A DNA stretch of 32,000 bases from Methylophaga frappieri. Lineage in GTDB: Bacteria > Pseudomonadota > Gammaproteobacteria > Nitrosococcales > Methylophagaceae. How positions within the stretch are numbered: position 1 is the stretch's first letter; every line of letters begins with the position of its first letter. The notes below the pieces were generated by a model. It was not told the origin of the DNA. It saw only the letters and a list, made by a program, of their open reading frames with translations, and did no database searches. Positions 28,017 to 32,000 of the stretch are shown here, piece by piece. Location: NCBI RefSeq assembly GCF_000260965.1, contig NC_017856.1, positions 1,380,001 to 1,412,000 of the forward strand, written 5' to 3'. The position numbers and the translations under genes were made by a program.

Positions 28017-28672
28017 CAACGATCCAGTGTAAACTCGATTTCTTGTGTTGCACGGCGCTCCACCGGCTGACCATCAACCTGTTTGGCCTTGAACCGCCAT
28101 TTCAAAACCGCTTTCAGCGCTTCATCATCAAACACATTTTTAGGGGTTGCCGAGATAACTTGCGGATCCCGAACGCGGCCATCTTTCGTAATAATAAAGG
28201 AGACTGTCACCACACCTTCAATACCACGACGTTGTGCCATGCGTGGATAATTAGGTGGAATGCGCACCAAAGGCATGACGTCATCATCCATAATGGGTTG
28301 CGATGTCGTCGGTACCGGTTCTGGCACCGGATCAGCCTGAAATTCTCCAAGATGAGGCCCGCCGGCAATATTCATCGGCACATCAATATTCGGCGCCTGT
28401 AATTGGGGCTGCGGCACATCAGGTTGTTCTGGCGATGGCGTTTGCGCTGGTGGCGGTGGCGGTGGCTCCTCTGGCGGTTTAGGTTTTTTGGGTGGCTGGC
28501 GACGTTTGGTTTCTGGTGGTGCTTCTTCTTCCTGAACCCGGACAAAGTCCAGCAACAACACGTCTTCAATGGTACGGTCTTCCAGGCCATCTGAGGTAGT
28601 CATACGCTGCATCAACGTAAATAGGCCAAAATTGACCAGAATCGCCAGCAACAAACCAAGCAATAAACGCAT
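28016..28672 (-). CDS. tonB: Energy transducer TonB (TonB2-type)
   Basis: 218 aa. It has an N-terminal anchor LLLAILVNFGLFTLM and a Pro/Lys/Glu-rich spacer (PPKKPKPPEEPPPPPPAQ). The C-terminal TonB domain reads YPRMAQRRGIEGVVTVSFIITKDGRV. Confidence 0.88.
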   Translation of the reverse strand: MRLLLGLLLAILVNFGLFTLMQRMTTSDGLEDRTIEDVLLLDFVRVQEEEAPPETKRRQPPKKPKPPEEPPPPPPAQTPSPEQPDVPQPQLQAPNIDVPMNIAGGPHLGEFQADPVPEPVPTTSQPIMDDDVMPLVRIPPNYPRMAQRRGIEGVVTVSFIITKDGRVRDPQVISATPKNVFDDEALKAVLKWRFKAKQVDGQPVERRATQEIEFTLDR

Positions 28673-28680
28673 CGTGTTTG

Positions 28681-29088
28681 TTAATCCCGTTCCGCAGCGA
28701 TAGACACATTCGCCACACCAGCCAGCCTTGCCTGATCCATGACTTCAATCAGCAGACCGGTTTTGGCATTTTCATCAGCAAGAATAATGACCGATCCTTC
28801 CGGATTCTCTGCGTGCAGGCGCTCAACATTAGCGCGCACAGCCCGTCTATCAACCTGTCGGTTATCGATCCAGATTTCATCATTTTCACGAATTGCCACC
28901 AAAATATTGGCCCGTTCTTTTTCAACCGCTGTTTTCGCCGATGGTCGATTGACTTCAACCCCTGTCTCCTTGACGAAGGTCGTCGTGACAATAAAGAAGA
29001 TCAGCAAAATGAAAACCATATCAATGAGCGGTGTCATATTGATTTCGGCGATACCGCCACTTTGTCGCCGTGAATGTCGGTTTCTCAT
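28681..29088 (-). CDS. exbD: Biopolymer transport protein ExbD/TolR
   Basis: 135 aa. The characteristic N-terminal INMTPLIDMVFILLIFFIV helix is followed by a periplasmic domain. Confidence 0.9.
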   Translation of the reverse strand: MRNRHSRRQSGGIAEINMTPLIDMVFILLIFFIVTTTFVKETGVEVNRPSAKTAVEKERANILVAIRENDEIWIDNRQVDRRAVRANVERLHAENPEGSVIILADENAKTGLLIEVMDQARLAGVANVSIAAERD

Positions 29089-29097
29089 GTGACTTTC

Positions 29098-29613
29098 CTA
29101 ATCCCGTCGTAACGCGTCAGCGACGTTATCGACTGTCCGGGTTACCTGTTGTTGTAATTGCGTGCTGAAGTACAAACCTGACAATGCCGTCAATAAGCCA
29201 CCCATGGTGGTAATCAGCGCAATCGAAATACCACCCGCCATACCCCGCGTATTACCGGTTCCAAACACAGTCATGACATCAAAGGTTTGAATCATGCCAT
29301 TGACGGTGCCCAGCAGGCCCAGCATTGGTAGCGCCATTGTCAACGTTTTGATCAACATTAGATAACGCTCTAGGCGTATCCGATTTTCAGCGATCATGCC
29401 TTGGCGGATTTGCTGGGCATACCAGCTACGTCTATCATGGCGTTGGTTCCAATGGTTGATCACCTCCCGCTTTTCTTTGGGGTGGCGAAAAAACATATAG
29501 ACATAACGCTCGATAATCAGTGTCCACATCAATACCGATGCAATTAGGATCAGCCACAGCACCATGCCGCCACTTTCCATCAGCAATTGAATTTGAAATA
29601 GATTATCAGTCAC
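29098..29613 (-). CDS. exbB: MotA/TolQ/ExbB proton-channel protein (ExbB2-like)
   Basis: It has three TM helices, with signature LGLLGTVNGMIQTFD and GGISIALITTMGGL. The start is uncertain. GTG 29613 overlaps the ttpC stop (GTGACTGA), and ATG 29580 is the alternative. The track start at 29664 lies well inside ttpC. Confidence 0.85.
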   Translation of the reverse strand: MTDNLFQIQLLMESGGMVLWLILIASVLMWTLIIERYVYMFFRHPKEKREVINHWNQRHDRRSWYAQQIRQGMIAENRIRLERYLMLIKTLTMALPMLGLLGTVNGMIQTFDVMTVFGTGNTRGMAGGISIALITTMGGLLTALSGLYFSTQLQQQVTRTVDNVADALRRD

Positions 29614-30955
29614 GGTTATTGTGCTGCTCTGCGTTACGAGCGACGATAGCTGCGCTTTCTTCATCGAGAATTTGAATCAACCGATTACTCTTACTCGATA
29701 AAGCACTATGAATCAGCAAAATAGGTATCGCGACCGCCAAGCCTAACTCTGTTGTGACCAGCGCCTGTGAAATCCCGCCTGACATCAATTTCGGATCACC
29801 GGTACCAAACAGAGTAATAGCCTGGAATGTTTCAATCATGCCCGATACGGTACCCAGCAGGCCCAACATGGGCGCTACCGCTGCCAGAATGGCCAAGGTC
29901 GTCAAGCCACGCTCCAATGCTGGTGTTTCACGCAAAATCGCTTCATCCAGCTTCAGTGACAAGGTTTCAACATCATCATCCTGTTCCTGATCATAAACTG
30001 ACAAAATGCGACCCAGTGGATTTTTAGCTGATGGCTTATCTGCGCGCTTCTGCTGTCGGCGCACGCCACGCTCGGTGACGAACAAAATGACAAATCGTAA
30101 CAAGGCAATCAGCAACCCGATCACACCTAGCGCGATAATAATGTAACCAATCCAGCCACCTTGTTGGATGCGTTCTTTGAGATTAGGCGTTTGTACCAGC
30201 AATGCCATGATGGCGCCGCGCGTGGGGTCCACTACGGTCGGCTGCCAAGTGTTGGGTTCCGCCTGCTCAAACTGTGTCGCCAAATCCTGTAAACGTGGTA
30301 CAGGCTGCCTCGCCAACTCCACTAAATCTTGAGTTTCAGGTAAATAGCGCAAATATTTTCCATCCGCAAAGAAAGTAAACACACCAACGCGGGTCACCGC
30401 TCTGTCTTCCACTTCACCGGTTGCGGTAATAACTGGCGTGGTAAATGTTTCCACCTTGCCTGATTCCGTCATCTCTTGCTGCAGTGTCAGCCAAAGTTGT
30501 TGTAACTCATCAATGGTAGGCTGCTGGCGACGCTCAGACAAAGCTTGGAGGAAAGCGTTTCGTTCTGGGTACTGGAGACTGGTAACCGAGGTTTCTAACG
30601 CGCCGCGACTGTCATTAGCAATTTGCCGTACCGTTCCAAACAACTCTCCTAAGGAGCCCGAACGTTCTTGCAATAAAGATTCTTGTTCAGCAAGCAATTC
30701 CTCGTTGGCTTCAAATTCGCCATTCAACTGCTCGCCACGACGCTCCTGAGCCGCCAGTTCAGCTTTTGCCTGCTCCAATAATTGCGCCTGCTGATCACGC
30801 TCTGCAATAAAGTTTTGCAAACGCAGCTCATTTTGCTGTTGCTCGACGACGCGATCTTTTTTTACTTGCTCAAGCAATTCATCCAGGTTACTTGGTGTTT
30901 GCGCCAGCAACACCGGGCTGAACAGAGAAAGAAATAAGGCAATACTCCGGATCAT
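29606..30955 (-). CDS. ttpC: TtpC-like large MotA/TolQ/ExbB-family protein of TonB2 systems
   Basis: 449 aa. A signal peptide and a long Q/E/L-rich coiled-coil periplasmic region precede a MotA/TolQ/ExbB C-terminus (LGLLGTVSGMIETFQ, GGISQALVTTELGL). ATGA overlap with the upstream gene at 30952-30955. Confidence 0.85.
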   Translation of the reverse strand: MIRSIALFLSLFSPVLLAQTPSNLDELLEQVKKDRVVEQQQNELRLQNFIAERDQQAQLLEQAKAELAAQERRGEQLNGEFEANEELLAEQESLLQERSGSLGELFGTVRQIANDSRGALETSVTSLQYPERNAFLQALSERRQQPTIDELQQLWLTLQQEMTESGKVETFTTPVITATGEVEDRAVTRVGVFTFFADGKYLRYLPETQDLVELARQPVPRLQDLATQFEQAEPNTWQPTVVDPTRGAIMALLVQTPNLKERIQQGGWIGYIIIALGVIGLLIALLRFVILFVTERGVRRQQKRADKPSAKNPLGRILSVYDQEQDDDVETLSLKLDEAILRETPALERGLTTLAILAAVAPMLGLLGTVSGMIETFQAITLFGTGDPKLMSGGISQALVTTELGLAVAIPILLIHSALSSKSNRLIQILDEESAAIVARNAEQHNNRD

Positions 30956-31737
30956 TGCGCCGCTCCTGCAGTTTTAACCGGCAAGATCAGTAAATCCGGT
31001 GGTAATTGTTTTCGAGCAACTTTGAGCGCTTCAGCGATCCCCTGATTGTATTCGCTACCGAGTTGCTGCCAGCTGTTTTGTTGATTATCCCAAATGCCGG
31101 CACTACGTCCGTCTAAGGAAAGGTAATAAAGGTTTAATCTGCCAATACGCAAAAAATCCACATTGCGAATGGTGCCGTCGATCTCGGCTTCACCCTGATA
31201 AGCTTCAATGGTACGACCATATTCAGTTTCAACCTGATAAGCCTCCAGAATACGACGATATTTTTCAGACAGATTAACGTCTGATCGATCCATCAGCGTT
31301 TTTAACTCGGCAATTCTATCGGCACGTTCTTCCGGCAGAAATGGAATATCAAGTGCTACAAACTGCTCCAGCACATCAATCATCTTCAACATCATTGGTA
31401 CAATGTCACGCTGTGTGGTGTCAATATTCGCCAACTGATTCTCAATTGACGTCAACTCATCCTGCTGAGAACTGACCAATTGTTCCAATTGGGTATTGTA
31501 GGCTTCAAGACTCTCACTTTGACGTAGCACAGCACGATATTCGTTAAGCAACGTCCGCGTTTCGTCATCTAAATTGTCGATTTCAGATTGCGTGCGCTGA
31601 GCAGCTATTTCGGTCGCGACTTGTTCATCAACCGCCTGATCGACTGCACCAGACCAAGTGGCGCTGAAAGGAAGCATGATGCCACCAGCGACGACTAAAA
31701 ATCGCCAGCGCATCAATCCCTGGAAAGTGTTAAGCAT
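30952..31737 (-). CDS. DUF3450-type periplasmic coiled-coil protein (TtpB-like)
   Basis: Start taken at ATG 31737, with AGGA 10 nt upstream. The track ORF uses TTG 31770, and ATG 31713 is also possible. A signal-like N-terminus is followed by a Q/E-rich coiled coil. It is the first gene of the TonB2-type cluster order. Confidence 0.75.
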   Translation of the reverse strand: MLNTFQGLMRWRFLVVAGGIMLPFSATWSGAVDQAVDEQVATEIAAQRTQSEIDNLDDETRTLLNEYRAVLRQSESLEAYNTQLEQLVSSQQDELTSIENQLANIDTTQRDIVPMMLKMIDVLEQFVALDIPFLPEERADRIAELKTLMDRSDVNLSEKYRRILEAYQVETEYGRTIEAYQGEAEIDGTIRNVDFLRIGRLNLYYLSLDGRSAGIWDNQQNSWQQLGSEYNQGIAEALKVARKQLPPDLLILPVKTAGAAQ

Positions 31738-31813
31738 AAATTCGGTTCCTGTTGTCAGGGCTGAAATCAATTTGGCATCTTAGCAGGAGGGGAAGTTATT
31801 TGGAAGTGTTAAT

Positions 31814-31832
31814 GAGATTAATTATCATTAAC
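31814..31832 (-). promoter_or_regulatory. Fur box upstream of the ttpB-ttpC-exbB-exbD-tonB operon
   Basis: The minus strand GTTAATGATAATTAATCTC matches the consensus GATAATGATAATCATTATC at 15 of 19 positions, counted by hand. It lies 77-95 nt upstream of the ATG at 31737. Confidence 0.6.
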
Positions 31833-31844
31833 CCGAAACAAGAC

Positions 31845-31875
31845 AAAAAAAAGCCAGATCCGGTTGGGATCTGGC
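31845..31875 (-). terminator. Rho-independent terminator for a minus-strand transcript coming from the right window edge
   Basis: The minus strand reads GCCAGAUCC-caacc-GGAUCUGGC followed by UUUUUUUU. The 9-bp stem pairs 31867-31875 with 31853-31861, and the T-run is 31852-31845. Confidence 0.75.
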
Positions 31876-31884
31876 GTAAACCTT

Positions 31885-31974
31885 CTAGGAAGGAGAGAGA
31901 AATATTAAGACTATAGAAGCTGAACATCCTATCGACTTTAGAAACATTATAGGAATTCTAGCCTCTGTCGCCAT
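31885..31974 (-). other. Ambiguous element: 29-aa hydrophobic ORF, a ~95-nt sRNA, or the 3' end of an off-window gene
   Basis: The minus-strand ATG at 31974 is preceded by GGAG with a 9-nt spacer. It encodes MATEARIPIMFLKSIGCSASIVLIFLSPS, with stop TAG at 31885-31887, 10 nt before the terminator. The same frame stays open to the window end. A perfect TATAAT (31951-31946) lies inside it. Codon use is atypical (three ATA, plus AGA and CTA). Confidence 0.3.
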
Positions 31975-32000
31975 GAGCGACTTCTCCCAATAACAACAGG

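Noticed and set aside
28403-28594. 63-aa + strand ORF rich in W/R/F (MGLRHIRLFWRWRLRWWRWRW...)
   Set aside because: It is the antisense reading of the Pro/Lys/Glu-rich spacer of tonB (CCN/GGN repeats). It has no SD, and its low-complexity composition is what that antisense reading would produce.
29614-29664. Longest-ORF start of exbB at 29664
   Set aside because: It overlaps the last 59 nt of ttpC, and the extra residues are not ExbB-like. GTG 29613 or ATG 29580 are the plausible starts.
31904-31993. + strand 29-codon frame behind a strong AAGGAG (31890-31895)
   Set aside because: There is no ATG, GTG or TTG at a usable distance. The only candidate is ATT, and the in-frame upstream codon at 31886-31888 is a stop. 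I kept it only as context for the edge-element finding.
1-32000. Search for CRISPR repeats, tRNA/rRNA genes, IS elements or integrases, and defence-system genes (large ATPases, helicases, nucleases, reverse transcriptases)
   Set aside because: I recognised no spaced direct-repeat arrays, no cloverleaf-like or rRNA-like segments, and no transposase or integrase-like ORFs. The only nuclease-fold proteins (EEP, MBL) are envelope-targeted enzymes without partner genes typical of defence systems. This was a by-eye scan, not a computed search.

Overview
This looks like an ordinary chromosomal segment of a gammaproteobacterium-type genome, judged from synteny of prfB-lysS, surE-pcm-nlpD and parE-parC. 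I saw no rRNA, tRNA, CRISPR array, transposase, integrase or recognisable phage-defence genes. From about 5.8 kb to 31.8 kb every confident gene is on the minus strand.

Content, left to right:
(1) An iron-uptake-type module. It holds the 3' part of a TonB-dependent receptor gene, a convergent histidine kinase/OmpR-type regulator pair, and a divergent DUF3649 - PepSY_TM (PiuB/FoxB-like) - DUF3325 operon.
(2) A poorly characterised stretch (5.5-12.7 kb). It holds a secreted MBL-fold hydrolase, a membrane-anchored EEP-fold (YafD-like) protein, a ZIP metal transporter and YegP. It also holds a tight five-gene string: STAS/DUF3478, lipoprotein, 4-TM protein, class III extradiol (YgiD/DODA-like) dioxygenase and DCC thiol-disulfide oxidoreductase.
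(3) Housekeeping genes: lysS, prfB (classic +1 frameshift site visible), nlpD, yqaA-like, pcm, surE, parC and parE.
(4) A translationally coupled ovoA-ovoB pair (ovothiol biosynthesis).
(5) A class II aldolase gene whose start overlaps the last gene of a complete Vibrio TonB2-type operon (ttpB-ttpC-exbB-exbD-tonB-ttpD). That operon is headed by a 15/19 Fur box.

Three short hydrophobic ORFs of 29-40 aa fall below the ORF-track cutoff and each has a Shine-Dalgarno sequence.

I found no clear-cut novel system. The best leads for undescribed biology are:
- the Fur-box-headed co-directional string that links TonB2, the aldolase and ovothiol genes;
- the STAS-to-DCC five-gene cluster;
- the small ORFs and the candidate sRNA at the right window edge.

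Every family assignment rests on motifs read by eye. No database search was run.
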